This document shows positions 9,843 to 21,789 of a DNA stretch of 64,000 bases, in pieces. The notes under the pieces are model-generated. The model was given only the letters and a program-made list of their open reading frames with translations, had not been told where the DNA came from and made no database searches. The DNA lies in NCBI GenBank assembly GCA_964019425.1, contig OZ025795.1, positions 868,001-932,000 of the forward strand, written 5' to 3'. Numbering within the stretch: the stretch's first letter is position 1; each line of letters begins with the position of its first letter. The stretch comes from Flectonema sp. DT1601 (lineage: Eukaryota). A program made the position numbers and the translations under genes.

Positions 9843-9935
9843 TCAGTTCCCACTGTGTGGGTTCCAGTTGTTTTCCGCAGTTTCTGTGAATCGGTTGTCC
9901 CAACCTACAAAGATGAACGAATAGTTTATCATCAC
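9843..9935 (-). ncRNA. Box C/D snoRNA A, copy 5
   Basis: Same boxes and guides. Confidence 0.85.
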
Positions 9936-9984
9936 CAGAGCTGAAGAGAAGCATCACAACAAGAAGAAGGAAGGAAGGAAGTTA

Positions 9985-10069
9985 TCAGATGGTGGTGCAT
10001 GTAAAATATCTGCAAACATGACGAATCATGTAAGAATGGAGTGATTTGTGTGTGAGTTTGTGTCATCAT
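9985..10069 (-). ncRNA. Box C/D snoRNA B, copy 5
   Basis: Same boxes and guides. Confidence 0.9.
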
Positions 10070-10128
10070 TTACGAGAGGTATGAAGAAGAACAGAAGCAA
10101 CAAAGAGAAGAAGGTATCAAGCTCTATT

Positions 10129-10221
10129 TCAGCTCCCACTGTGTGGGTTCCAGTTGTTTTCCGCAGTTTCTGTGAATCGGTTGTCCCAACCTACAAAGAT
10201 GAACGAATAGTTTATCATCAC
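10129..10221 (-). ncRNA. Box C/D snoRNA A, copy 6
   Basis: Same boxes and guides. Confidence 0.85.
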
Positions 10222-10273
10222 CAGAGCTGAGGAGAAGCATCACAACAACAAGAAGAAGGAAGGAAGTAAGTCA

Positions 10274-10358
10274 TCAGATGGTGGTGCATGTAAAATATCT
10301 GCAAACATGACGAATCATGTAAGAATGGAGTGATTTGTGTGTGAGTTTGTGTCATCAT
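10274..10358 (-). ncRNA. Box C/D snoRNA B, copy 6
   Basis: Same boxes and guides. Confidence 0.9.
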
Positions 10359-10417
10359 TTACGAGAGGTATGAAGAAGAACAGAAGCAACAAAGAGAAGA
10401 AGGTATCAAGCTCTATT

Positions 10418-10510
10418 TCAGCTCCCACTGTGTGGGTTCCAGTTGTTTTCCGCAGTTTCTGTGAATCGGTTGTCCCAACCTACAAAGATGAACGAATAGT
10501 TTATCATCAC
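10418..10510 (-). ncRNA. Box C/D snoRNA A, copy 7
   Basis: Same boxes and guides. Confidence 0.85.
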
Positions 10511-10562
10511 CAGAGCTGAGGAGAAGCATCACAACAACAAGAAGAAGGAAGGAAGTAAGTCA

Positions 10563-10647
10563 TCAGATGGTGGTGCATGTAAAATATCTGCAAACATGAC
10601 GAATCATGTAAGAATGGAGTGATTTGTGTGTGAGTTTGTGTCATCAT
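10563..10647 (-). ncRNA. Box C/D snoRNA B, copy 7
   Basis: Same boxes and guides. Confidence 0.9.
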
Positions 10648-10706
10648 TTACGAGAGGTATGAAGAAGAACAGAAGCAACAAAGAGAAGAAGGTATCAAGC
10701 TCTATT

Positions 10707-10799
10707 TCAGCTCCCACTGTGTGGGTTCCAGTTGTTTTCCGCAGTTTCTGTGAATCGGTTGTCCCAACCTACAAAGATGAACGAATAGTTTATCATCAC
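10707..10799 (-). ncRNA. Box C/D snoRNA A, copy 8
   Basis: Same boxes and guides. Confidence 0.85.
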
Positions 10800-10851
10800 C
10801 AGAGCTGAGGAGAAGCATCACAACAACAAGAAGAAGGAAGGAAGGAAGTCA

Positions 10852-10936
10852 TCAGATGGTGGTGCATGTAAAATATCTGCAAACATGACGAATCATGTAA
10901 GAATGGAGTGATTTGTGTGTGAGTTTGTGTCATCAT
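10852..10936 (-). ncRNA. Box C/D snoRNA B, copy 8 (first transcribed)
   Basis: Same boxes and guides; array similarity ends at its box C. Confidence 0.9.
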
Positions 10937-12740
10937 ATATGTAAGCGAGGGAGGAATATCATATTTAATCTCTTTGTATTCCTGTATAATTAATTGCTAA
11001 CAACCTGATAACCAAAGCATCTCTTTTTTATAATTTCGGAGTAACACGAATACATAACAGAAAACATATCAGCAACGCACTAATCCATCAAAGGATCACT
11101 AGTTAATCTATGATAACTTTTTTTTTTTTTTTTTTTTTTTTCGGGTTCAACAAAGCTATTTGCGGACACAAAACCAACCTTCACCTTTTTTTTCAACAAC
11201 AACTGGTGCTGCCTTACATTAAGATTTAGAAAGATGATCAATTTGACCATATAATTACCGTTGATATTAGGGTCGAAGGAATAGTGTAGAAATTGTAATA
11301 ACGGAGAGCTCAAGCGCTGATATTAGCAACACACAAAAACCGAATATCACAGTAGCAAAAAAAAAAAAAAAAAAAAAAACTCGAGACAGAATCGAACTGG
11401 ACCAAAAAAAAAAAAAAAGGGAAAAAAAAACAAGGTGTCAACTTTATAGCTAGTTATTCCTTTTACAAATTCCCGAAGGAATATAATAATACTCATGTGT
11501 ACTGGAGTCAGAACAAGAGTCCCAAGTACAACGTAAGGCAGAGTAAAAATACTAAACAACGAGCCTAGATGCGATGGAAAATTTACAAAAAAAAAAAAAA
11601 AAAAGAACACTCGCGACCACTACCAACCAAGACAAAGGCTAGCGCAAACAAGTAAGCGAGTAAAAAAAAAGAAATCACAACACAATTTTAATTGTAAACA
11701 AAAAGATAAAAATTAAAAAGGCAAAAAAGGCAGAAACAAGTTCGAGTCCGGGTAATATATACTACAGTGATATACAATACCGTCGCACGAACGAAACGAA
11801 TCGCTGAGCTCAAGGTTGAAATGGCTGGTTGATATTATAATAATTTTTCGCACTCTTTTAGTTGTTCTTGAAATCAAACTACATAAACAGAGAAAACAGA
11901 ACAAGAAGTGAACTTCCTTTCCGAATTCACCGAACGTAGTTTGTCCCAAAGCTGGTAAAAGAAAAGGGGGGAAAAAACGCTAAATCGAAAGAGAACAAAC
12001 ATTTTCTTACAAGTACCACACAAGCATTATTGCAAGATGAGGATTTTTTTTTTTTTTTTTTTTTTTGTTCTGTACAAAACAAAAACAAACAAAAAAAAAA
12101 AGACAATCAAGCAGACGTTCTTATTCTGATAAATATAGCACAGTAACTTACAAAAAAACGTATCTCAATTTTTTTTTTTTTTTTTTTTTAAAAAAATTTC
12201 AATTTTAAAAGGTAAAAAAGGAGGCTCTATTTAAAAAATATATAGTAATAAATAGCAAGCAACACCTTGGAACCTAACTTACCGCTTCTGTCGTCGATAT
12301 ACGATTGTAAAAAACAAAAATTAAAACAAAAAAAAGAATAAGAAATATAAATTAAACTTCATTGTGTTGTCACAACGCGGAGGGTTTTTTTAATTTTTCT
12401 TCTTGACAGAAGAAATAGAGTACAATAGATTTAGCTATCAGGTTACCTTAATGTCAGATAACAAGAAGGAATCTTTTCAGAAAGGCCTTGCTAAAGGCGA
12501 ATGGGAACACCTCCAACAATTGTATATTTACATTGTTTTTCATATGTTGCAATTTAATAGTAGGCACAGAGTGACTGTTACAGCCAAATTCTGGGTTCGA
12601 CTTGGAAAAAAGAAATATTGTCGATTTTTGTTTTGTTAACAAAGAAGGTTCGAGCAGATTGAATAAAACTGTTGTTGTTATTTCGGTTTTTTTTTTTTTT
12701 TTTTTTTTGTATCTACCAAAGCCTATAAACACTGATACGA

Positions 12741-15700
12741 TCATTCCCACCAATTTTTAGATGCCGAAACGGTCGGCTTGACACTTGTTGGTGTCGTTAC
12801 AGATGGTCGTCTTGCAGCAAGCGCAGCAGACTTTGCTGTAGAACTAGCTGTTGGGAAGCTAGAAGGAGGAGGAAGATCCAATGAAAATGACGATTGTGCA
12901 AATGATCGAACAGGAGTTCCAACACCGCCATTGTTGCGAATTGAAGCGACGGATCCAACAGGTGAAGTTGGTTTGAATGAACCTCCCCAACCACTTGAAA
13001 CAGAACCTCGAGCCCACAGAGGACTATAACAAGAAGGAGTGTACTCGTCATCATCATTATCTGCGATAGATGGTGCTGGTGCAGCCCACCAGTCACTTGA
13101 TCGTTCTTTATCAACACTTTGTGTTGGGAAGTTAACACCTCGTGAACCACCTGAAACTACTGACTTTGGTGATGTAGGAGATTCATAACCAGCAGTACTC
13201 GGTGTCGAAGTTGTGTCCGCATTATGTCTAAATGACGCAGAAAGACTAACAAGATCTGAATTAAACGAATTATTATTTTCATTACCAGAATTTGGCGCAT
13301 CCTTCACAAGTGAAAGATACGTTCTAAGAAGAGCATTTGTTTTCTTGCTGTGGATACCTCGGTGGAGGATTTCACGTCGATCAAGCTCGTCATCAAGGAT
13401 AACTTTTCGATAACTAAGTTCCTCACCAGCACACTCCAATAGGTTTGTAACTGTAACACCTTCTGTCGATAGAGATAATAAGGTTCTCCTCGAAGCTATT
13501 TCTTCATCAATTATAATTCTACGGTGAAGTCTTTCGCTATGACCTCTTCCCAACTCTAACTCAAATAATTGCATTGGGATATAAACTCTTAACAAAGCCA
13601 ACCAGAGCTCGTGAACATCAGCTTCAACATATTTACGAACTGTCTCCTCCTCGAGCTCTACTTCTAAGACGGGTTTGAAATCGACAGCCCATCTAACTTT
13701 TAATTTTATCCTTTCTCTTTCTTCATACTCCTCGTAGATGACACCTTCACGACTGCGATGTTCGTCTCCTAATAATCCTCTGACAGCAGCTCCAGTTTCT
13801 TCGCTTATTTTGTGAACCCAAATTTCGAATCTCCTCAACAGTTCATTACGATTACATAAATCTCTTTCTTGACTTTCCTGTATTGTCATTCTTGAAGTTT
13901 GTTCTTCTCCTTCTTGTTGAAGAAGTTGTCGGAGATTGGCTCGAATTCTGTTGTTTTTTTTTTAATTTTATTTGATCGTGTCAATATATGACAACACAAT
14001 TTTTTTTTATTCTTTTAAAAAAGAAATAAACAAACCTTCTTGTTTCTCTACTTTTATCAAGGAACAGCCGACACTCTTCTTGAATAAGTTGAGTGCTTTG
14101 CAACCAAAGTGCTGGTCTCCACACATTTGTTTTTACTAGCTTAACTCTTGCCCATTGCTGAACCATTGTTGAGATGAGAATCGTACAGCTGCGCTTCATG
14201 TTCTGTGTTGAGTTATTTTTTTTTTTTTATTTTTTTTTTCCCCCTTAGGTATTATCAAGCGTTTGTACACACCTCCAACATAACGTACGCGTCCTGCTTT
14301 AGGAAAACTCGGGTGGTTCCCATTTGAGCCTTGTCTTTTTCAAACCTATTTTGTGAATAATTAGTGGTTGATTTTTAGCATCGCTGCTTTCTGGCAATTG
14401 AAAGAAATAGAAGGAATTCATACCCAGCCAGTGACAATAGTTTTATACATCGTTCCTTAAGACCTGCAGGTCCCCCTGACTTATAGAACAAGACACTGTA
14501 GCGAGTTGCGAAATCATGGAATACCATTCTTACGGGATATCCCTTTTTACGAATTTCCACTGTTGCAAGAACCCCAGCGCTTATAAGTTGTTCGGCAACT
14601 TTTGTGCCTGAAAAGAGACATCGTCTACCCCAAGGGTGAGGTTTAACGCATCGAATCCAATGGGGATTTGATGCGTTGATTATGGACATTAAGTCTTTGA
14701 GTTGCTGTTTGAAGAATCCAGCAACAGTTGCTTGTTTTTTTACATTAGTTTCCCACGCAAGTGATTGAACGAACTCACTACGAGAACCACCTACTAAATG
14801 ACTCCACGCGTCGTTAAGTGTGTCAGCATTCTTTTCTACAAAACCGTCAACAGTGTACTCAACATCTCCAGCATAGTGTCTAACAAAGAACGTATTCCGA
14901 GATACTGGTTTTTTATAGAACGACGGATGTTTCCCGAATTCACCTGCTATTTTATCTAACCATTTTCGATCATCGTTTGGATCTCCAGTGGTTAGTTTTG
15001 ATACTTCATCTAAATGACCAAATAAGCCTAAAGACTTGTCACCAACAATTAAAGATATACACTGTTCATTATTAGGTCTTTCTACTTTAGTCACATCTAT
15101 TCCTTCAGCTTCACATTCCTGAGTGTCTCTCACGAATACGTGATGGTTGTAGTTTCCTTGTAGACTTTCATTAGCAGTGTTGATGCAAAGCTGCTCAAAG
15201 CTGTTTATTTTGAACGATTCGAATCCAAAGATATCCAGCAATCCGATATAACCTCCAGCTTCATCGCTTGAATCTAAATTAGAATTCGTTTTATTAACCA
15301 GCCAACTGAAGACCTGATCATATAATTTTTTAACAAAAGCATCACGCATATCCACAGCTTTGGTTACAGAGAGTAGTTTTTTAATATTTATGCCGGGGAG
15401 GATAGTGCTGATAAGTTCTGTTTGCATGCGAGAGTCATCGACTTGGAGAGCATCTGCTGCCAGTGTTATTGATTTTTTACCTTCAGGAGTGAGCTTACTC
15501 CCCTCACCATCAGGCGAGAAAGAGACATTCAGCATGTGAAGAATCGCAGAAACCGTCGTCCAAACGCCGGTGATATCGTCGTCGGCGATTCCAATTTTTG
15601 ACATGGCATCGCTGCATTCGACGAAGGCTTCCGTGTCATTGAATTCAAGTTTCCCATTGTCGCTGGTTGGTCCTCCTGACTCAGTTGATTTAAATGATCC

Positions 15701-16627
15701 GGAGAGGGTAGTAGCACCTCTCGGTTGACCATTACCTCTGATTGCAAGATAAAATGCGTGGTACACTCGCTCACCCTCATTTGCTGCTACTATTCTACTT
15801 TTCTCGAGGAGGTATTTCGTGATTTCCGCTCCGCTGATGGCTCCATTTTCAGTAAATTTTATTCTCATAAACTTACCAAATCGAGACGAGTTGTTATTTC
15901 TTTTTGTTTTGGCGTTTCCGAATGCTTCTAAGAAGGGACTCGCTCCAATAATCTTCCCTTGGATATCTTGAGCTCCACTTTTCTGAGCTTCTCCACTCAT
16001 TTTACTAGAAATTCTAGACAGGTATTTCATAACAATTTTCGATGCTTCTGTTTTTCCAGCACCAGATTCTCCCGAAACTAGGATCGTTTGAGCTTTTCCA
16101 CCCATACGTAATTCGTGATATGTGTTGTGAGCACATGCCCAACTGTGAGGTAGATTCTTTTGAATAGGATACGATTCTTCCAAGTAGCTATCCATATTAT
16201 TATCCGTGTACATCGGTATGTCATACTTAAAAGGGTTTATTGCGACAACAATAGCACCGATGAAAGTGTATATAACATCATTCATATATCTCCTCTTTAA
16301 ACAAGACAGAATAGTTGAATCATGAAGAATAGCAAGCTTTAACAAATCATTTGTATCATCATAATCGGATGAGTGAACCAAGTCTTCTCTGATTGCTATA
16401 ATGCTGCTTTCGGAATCTGGAATCTTATCAACCTCGTTCGGTATTTTTGTATTGGTCAAGTCATTTGTCTCCGAGCAGACCGAATCATCAACAACTCCAT
16501 TGTCAGTAAAATCTGAAGGCTTGCAAGTATAAGTCTTCTTTTTTGAATCGTATCCCTGTACAGTACCCCAAAGCCATCCATCTTTTTCACATCTAAAATA
16601 ACAAGCGACGTCATTTTGAATTCGCAT
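12741..16627 (-). CDS. Myosin heavy chain (motor domain, coiled-coil and S/P-rich tail), 4 exons
   Basis: P-loop GESGAGKT, switch I NNNSSRFGK, switch II DIFGFE. GT-AG introns at 14346-14423, 14203-14272 and 13948-14035 join the ORF pieces in frame and restore the converter motif QMGTTRVFLK. Confidence 0.93.
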
Positions 16628-17061
16628 CCCTCCCGCAGGAGGGGTGTGTAGTACTTCAATTGAAAAAAAAAAGTAAAATTGATTAAACCGAGGAGGGTAA
16701 ATAAAGAAGAAAGAGTACCAGACTGATCACCATATAGCCCCCTTCATTACTGGAAAAAAAAAGCAAATAAAAAATAAAAAATAAAATCAAAGTATTATTA
16801 AAAGAGAAAAAAAAAAAAAAAAATCAAGACCGATCAAATCTACAGAATAAGGACAACAGGGTATGTAATACCTAACTAACTAAGAAATATGACAATTATT
16901 TAAAAAAAAAAAGAAAATTAAATAAATAATTCACAAAAGGGTGTGTTGATCACCCTTATAAAATACAAATATCTGAATGGAGCAGTCAATCAGATTTAAG
17001 TGGAAACTGACTCATCGAAAATGAATATGAAGTTAGACAAAACATTATTACAACTAGGCGA

Positions 17062-20000
17062 CTACGAAGGAAGTGTTTTTGGAACTTTGAAAGGGACTTC
17101 AGGCGGTTGAGGAATATCAGAAAGGACATCCTCAACAACTTCTCCACCAACTGAATTCACTCGACTGTCAATAGATTTCCTACTAGGCCTTCTAGATCCA
17201 ATGCTAGCTGCGTTATTACTTCTATGACTCCTATTGCTTAGTGACGAAACACTACGAGGACGGAGGCGTGTTGGATCAACAGGAAAGCGATTACTAGAAG
17301 ATAATGAAGAATGCTTGCTACCCCTTCTTCTAACAGGAGGGATATCTATCTTATCATTCTCTGTTGGTATTATAGACTCTGGTAGTGGTAATGGTGGTAG
17401 GAATGGATTTGAATTTGATGAATGACTTCTGTCTTCAATCGCATCACCGACAGCATCTATCAGTCCACGAACTTGTTCATCAGGGTGGTCGGATTCTTTA
17501 TCTATTGCTGATGGTGCTTGAGACATTAATGATTTATACTCTTGATTAATATCTTGAAGTACTCCAGCTTGTTTACATAGTTGTGATATATCTCTCAGCT
17601 GTGACTCTGGTGATGACGGTAGATAAACTTTCGACATCTCTCCCAAGTCAGTCGCATAAACAGCAACACCATGTTTATCACGATTCAGAGCTATTCTCTG
17701 GGTTGTTTTAAAATTCCTTTGAAGGGGAGTCCCACCTCCAACTTCGAATAACAGACATCTTTCAGACTCTCCTTCATTCTGAACAGTTATTTTCACACGT
17801 TCTCCTCCCTGACCAGGTATTGCTATTGGTGTTAAGTATGTTATAGCTAAAGGGTTAGTTATTGTTGTTACAGGTTTGTGTACTCTATCACTCCTATTTG
17901 GAGACATGAAGTCTCCCAAATGACCAACAGAACCGCCAGTACGACGCTCTTTGATGATAGGAAAGTCTGTGACAGACACAGAAGGTTCAATTCCATTATC
18001 TAGTTTCCATGAGATTACTGCTTGTGGAGGAATTGGTAACGTTCCTAACGCAACACCGTATGAATGTGGTTCTGATGAACTCATTAAGATAGTAGAGTCA
18101 TCAGAGATTACCCAACGACTTTTATAACTAGTTAGCTGTAACTCTCCATTAGACCATACAGGGAGACCTTCAGCCATGTCACCTTTCTGTAGTGACAGCG
18201 GAATATTTTTATATTGAGAGAACATGTAATCAAGCTCACCGAATTGAACATATAGATTACGCGGCGGGTCAGTAATACTTCCAGCTATCACTGAGTTGTT
18301 GTAATCATGAAGCCAGAGAAGCTCACCAATTCTAGTTTGCTCGGGATATTTTAATTCTAATCTACTAAGGAGTTCACGAGGGGCATCAGGTTTGCCATAA
18401 GCCATTGAAACTATATTATCAACTTCCTTCATCAGAGAAGGTTTATTTTTAAAATAGAATTGAGACAGCAATGATCGAAACTGCGACATTGACAAATTAA
18501 CCGATTCTACTGGAGCGACAGCTGGTACCGGTAGTACAGGTCTCGGTTTTGGTTTCTCAATAGGAATTGGGAGACCTGTGACCTTAAAATCCCCATCCAT
18601 TTTATCAGGAATAGATAAGTTTGATATAATCTCATGAAGTTTATTTCTTCGATGGTCGATAGTTCGGAATTTTCCAATAATCGGAAGTGTTTGCATTGAA
18701 TTCGAAATTTGGTCTCGGATTTGCTGTTTTTCTGGACTCATAATAAGCTGACTGGGTGTCAATCTTTCAAACGATATTGGATTCGGAAACTGAACGACAA
18801 TATGGTTTCCGTCAATGGCGTTAATCTGACCAGATGCTCCACGGAGGTTCACAGGAGCAGAATTACTAGCGACTACGTCTGGTCCATCACTTTGATCAGC
18901 CATTAGCAGATTACGAGGACGAAGAGTAATCCGTCTTCCTGTTTCAACCAATTCGACGACAACCATTTCTTCTTCACCTGGATCTTCACCTCCCATTTCT
19001 ATTAGTCTTGCTCGGGTTCCATTTTGAGGTGTTACCATTCCCCTTATTGTAACCAACGGTACACTTTTACCTTCAATTTTTGAAGGAGCAGCAGGAATAT
19101 TGGTAGGAACATTAGTATTGTGATTGTATAATTTCAGCATTGGGGGTTCACCTGTTCCGATGGCTAATTTTAATTTTACATCCTTACTATTCATGGCAGA
19201 TCTCATTTGAGAAAGTGAATGAACTGGGAGATCATTAACTTCAATGATGGTCCAGCCGATATATTCCTGAAGCCCACAATTCTCTGCCGGTGAATCAGCA
19301 GCAACATCAGTCAAAACCAATTGATCCGACTGCAGTCCAATTGGTTCATAGAATGATCCTCTAGTGATAGTTACCTCAGCTTCATTTTTTTGGTTTATAT
19401 TTGATACTTGTTGACCAGACTCTAAATCTCTCTCAGAATGAAACTGAAACTGAGGAGCATCCTCAGCTTCAACATGACTATCAGAATAACAACAATACGA
19501 TACTAATAATCTGATGAAGTCGATAATAAAGTGAATAAGTAAAGTACAAAAGATCACTACGGGAATACGTATCCTCTGTCTTGTTGAAGAGTACGATGTT
19601 GTTCGGATGATAGAAATAATTGAACCTGCGATTCCAATAACCAAAATCAGAGCAAATGCGGTTCTGAGAATCACCACGTCGACAACAGTCGGAGCAGTTC
19701 TAGGAAGAGCCCAAAACAAGTGTGAAGCAAAAAGAGTTAAAAGTATACTACAGACAGCAGCAATAGCAGCAGCAGCCATACACTCACCAAAGTCAGAGGA
19801 AGACCAGGAGTTGCCTGCAGTATCTTTACTGTTGGACCATCTAAGACCAGCTACTACGATAGCTGTAAATATTGTTATAAATAAACAATAAAAACTCCTC
19901 ACATAAGTCATATTAGTGCGGTGTGATACAGCAGTCAAAGCCACCCAAGTATGTCTCTTAACTAAATCTTCTTTACGCTCTCCTCGTAGCTCAGGTGTTT

Positions 20001-20127
20001 CAGGATAACCTTCTCGGGCCCAATCTATTCCGTCAGCCCACTTCTGGTCTCGTATCCAACTCGCTATTATGCATACAACAAACAAGCCCCATACCACAGC
20101 TGATGTTATACATGCAGCACATGTCAT
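17062..20127 (-). CDS. Multi-pass membrane protein with PDZ-like domain and long low-complexity tail (1021 aa)
   Basis: About 5 N-terminal hydrophobic helices; PDZ-like segment LTDVAADSPAENCGL..IGWTIIEVNDLPV. Confidence 0.75.
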   Translation of the reverse strand: MTCAACITSAVVWGLFVVCIIASWIRDQKWADGIDWAREGYPETPELRGERKEDLVKRHTWVALTAVSHRTNMTYVRSFYCLFITIFTAIVVAGLRWSNSKDTAGNSWSSSDFGECMAAAAIAAVCSILLTLFASHLFWALPRTAPTVVDVVILRTAFALILVIGIAGSIISIIRTTSYSSTRQRIRIPVVIFCTLLIHFIIDFIRLLVSYCCYSDSHVEAEDAPQFQFHSERDLESGQQVSNINQKNEAEVTITRGSFYEPIGLQSDQLVLTDVAADSPAENCGLQEYIGWTIIEVNDLPVHSLSQMRSAMNSKDVKLKLAIGTGEPPMLKLYNHNTNVPTNIPAAPSKIEGKSVPLVTIRGMVTPQNGTRARLIEMGGEDPGEEEMVVVELVETGRRITLRPRNLLMADQSDGPDVVASNSAPVNLRGASGQINAIDGNHIVVQFPNPISFERLTPSQLIMSPEKQQIRDQISNSMQTLPIIGKFRTIDHRRNKLHEIISNLSIPDKMDGDFKVTGLPIPIEKPKPRPVLPVPAVAPVESVNLSMSQFRSLLSQFYFKNKPSLMKEVDNIVSMAYGKPDAPRELLSRLELKYPEQTRIGELLWLHDYNNSVIAGSITDPPRNLYVQFGELDYMFSQYKNIPLSLQKGDMAEGLPVWSNGELQLTSYKSRWVISDDSTILMSSSEPHSYGVALGTLPIPPQAVISWKLDNGIEPSVSVTDFPIIKERRTGGSVGHLGDFMSPNRSDRVHKPVTTITNPLAITYLTPIAIPGQGGERVKITVQNEGESERCLLFEVGGGTPLQRNFKTTQRIALNRDKHGVAVYATDLGEMSKVYLPSSPESQLRDISQLCKQAGVLQDINQEYKSLMSQAPSAIDKESDHPDEQVRGLIDAVGDAIEDRSHSSNSNPFLPPLPLPESIIPTENDKIDIPPVRRRGSKHSSLSSSNRFPVDPTRLRPRSVSSLSNRSHRSNNAASIGSRRPSRKSIDSRVNSVGGEVVEDVLSDIPQPPEVPFKVPKTLPS

Positions 20128-20652
20128 GTTGTGTAACGTGACTGGATGAATACTGTGTGAGGATTACAATAGAAGAGAGAATGATTTCAATTTGTAGCCA
20201 AAGTGAACGTGTGATTCATTAGAAACGTAATAAATAAAGTGACTAGTTCACATCATGAAAAAAGATTTATTTATTTATGTATTTATATACGAAGCCTGGG
20301 AACCAAAAGTCAGGAAAAGCTCACAGGGGGGGAATTTTGGGATTGTTTTTCCATTTCTTATTTTGTATTTCTGTTGTTCTTCAACGGTTCCACAGTGGTG
20401 AATGCCAACTTTTTGTTTTTCATTTTTCACCCTTTCTCTGCACAACCGAAACAATAAAACAAAGATCAACGAATGCACATGGTAACAAAAGAGTGATGTT
20501 GAGTTCGTAAAAATAAAACCATTCTTGGTAAACCGATGACGCATTCTTGAGTAAGATTAATACTCATAGCTGACCACCAGTCAAGATACCAAAAATAGAT
20601 TTAAATTATCTGTTCATTTTGTCCACATCATAGTCAGAGGATAGGTGTAGAC

Positions 20653-20684
<32 letters not shown>

Positions 20685-20696
20685 GGGTCAGATCAA

Positions 20697-20735
20697 AATA
20701 GTTTCTTCTCCGACCTCGTCGGTGCACAAGAAAAT
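20697..20735 (-). repeat. Inverted copy of the hairpin-containing end of the dispersed repeat at 22535-22574
   Basis: Reverse complement reads ACCGACGAGGTCGGAGAAGAAACTATT versus ACCGACGTAGTCGGAGAAGAAACTATT at 22548-22574. Confidence 0.7.
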
Positions 20736-21789
20736 CATATCAATAGATAGAAAAAAAAAGCTAAAACTAACTTAAAAAACCATAAGATTTTTCTTGTCAT
20801 TTCAGTAATCTGCATGTGTAAAGCAAGTTCACCGAACCTAAACAGGGAGCGGGGGAAGAAAGAAGTATCTACCTTTTGTACGTCTTCAGCAGTATGCGGT
20901 ATCGCTTTGCAAGCTATCGATTTGCAAGTCTGAGTAGAGCCACCCTGGATATGGAGTAGCACAAATAAAGAGGATATGTCGGAAAGTGCATATCTCTCAG
21001 TATAGACACGATGAGCCAAAAGTCATATTCAGATATGTAGAAAAGAGTTTCAATGCAGTAAAAAAAGTTGCTGTCTCACTCAAAGGAATTTGTACCGATT
21101 GCTGAAGAACAATAAAAAAAAACTAGAAAGAACAACAACTGACATTGGAGAAACGAGATTAAGAGCTAGTTCAGGACTTGTAAAAAAAAACAAAGAGAAA
21201 TTATACTTTTCTTTTAAGTGCCTCGATCATGGCCGCGAATCGCTGACCAACAAAGCACCTAAAAAGGCAAGATATGTCTGAAACACTTTGGTCACTCAGA
21301 GCAGTCAGAGAGGTAAAAAAAAAGGCCGCACAACGCAGACCTGGGAAAAAAAAAAAAAAAATTGACGAAATAGCAATAGCAAGCTATCACTGTTTTATGA
21401 AACTACAAATTAAAAAAAAAAATATTATTGCGTATCGGTTTCGTTTCTTCAAGGAAGTTAGGTGGTTAGTGCGATAACCTCTTGATACTAATAGAAATAA
21501 ACAATAATAATATTACCATCAGGTAAAAAAGAAAAGTGACAAACAAATTAATATTGAGCTCCACAAAAAGTGCAGATACAACATCGAAAGAGAGAGTGGC
21601 GCGAAATCTCTAATTTTCTTTTTCTTTTTTTTTCATTCTGATTCTGTATGGCAAACAACAAAAAAAAAAAAGAAAAAAAAAAAAAGAGATAATCACCAAC
21701 AAAGAAAGAGCAAGGAGAGACAATGAGTGTTCTCTTCAACCACAAACATAAACATGAAGCACATCTGGGTTTTTGGACAGGAAAAAAAA

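Larger units (their letters stand above)
8677..10936 (-). repeat. Tandem array of ~289-bp units (8 copies of each of two box C/D snoRNAs); polycistronic snoRNA cluster
   Basis: Near-identical units at offsets 293,289,289,289,286,289,289. The array starts a few nt outside a box D and ends exactly at a box C. Confidence 0.97.

Noticed and set aside
8895..10808. Repeated 60-aa + strand ORFs (MCEFVSSF...)
   Set aside because: GTG starts, against the cluster direction, and fully explained as antisense of the snoRNA units.
8677..10936. CRISPR array
   Set aside because: Whole 289-bp units repeat with no unique spacers; no cas genes; eukaryotic context.
8677..10936. Spliced-leader RNA or 5S rRNA gene array
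   Set aside because: Only CAGTTTCTGT matches the SL core. There is no AACYAA start and no TATTG/GTA exon-intron junction, and no 5S similarity.
11080..12753. Poly-F/poly-K ORFs here and at 21090-21745, 42353-43246 and 63241-63486
   Set aside because: Produced by homopolymer runs in UTR or intergenic DNA.
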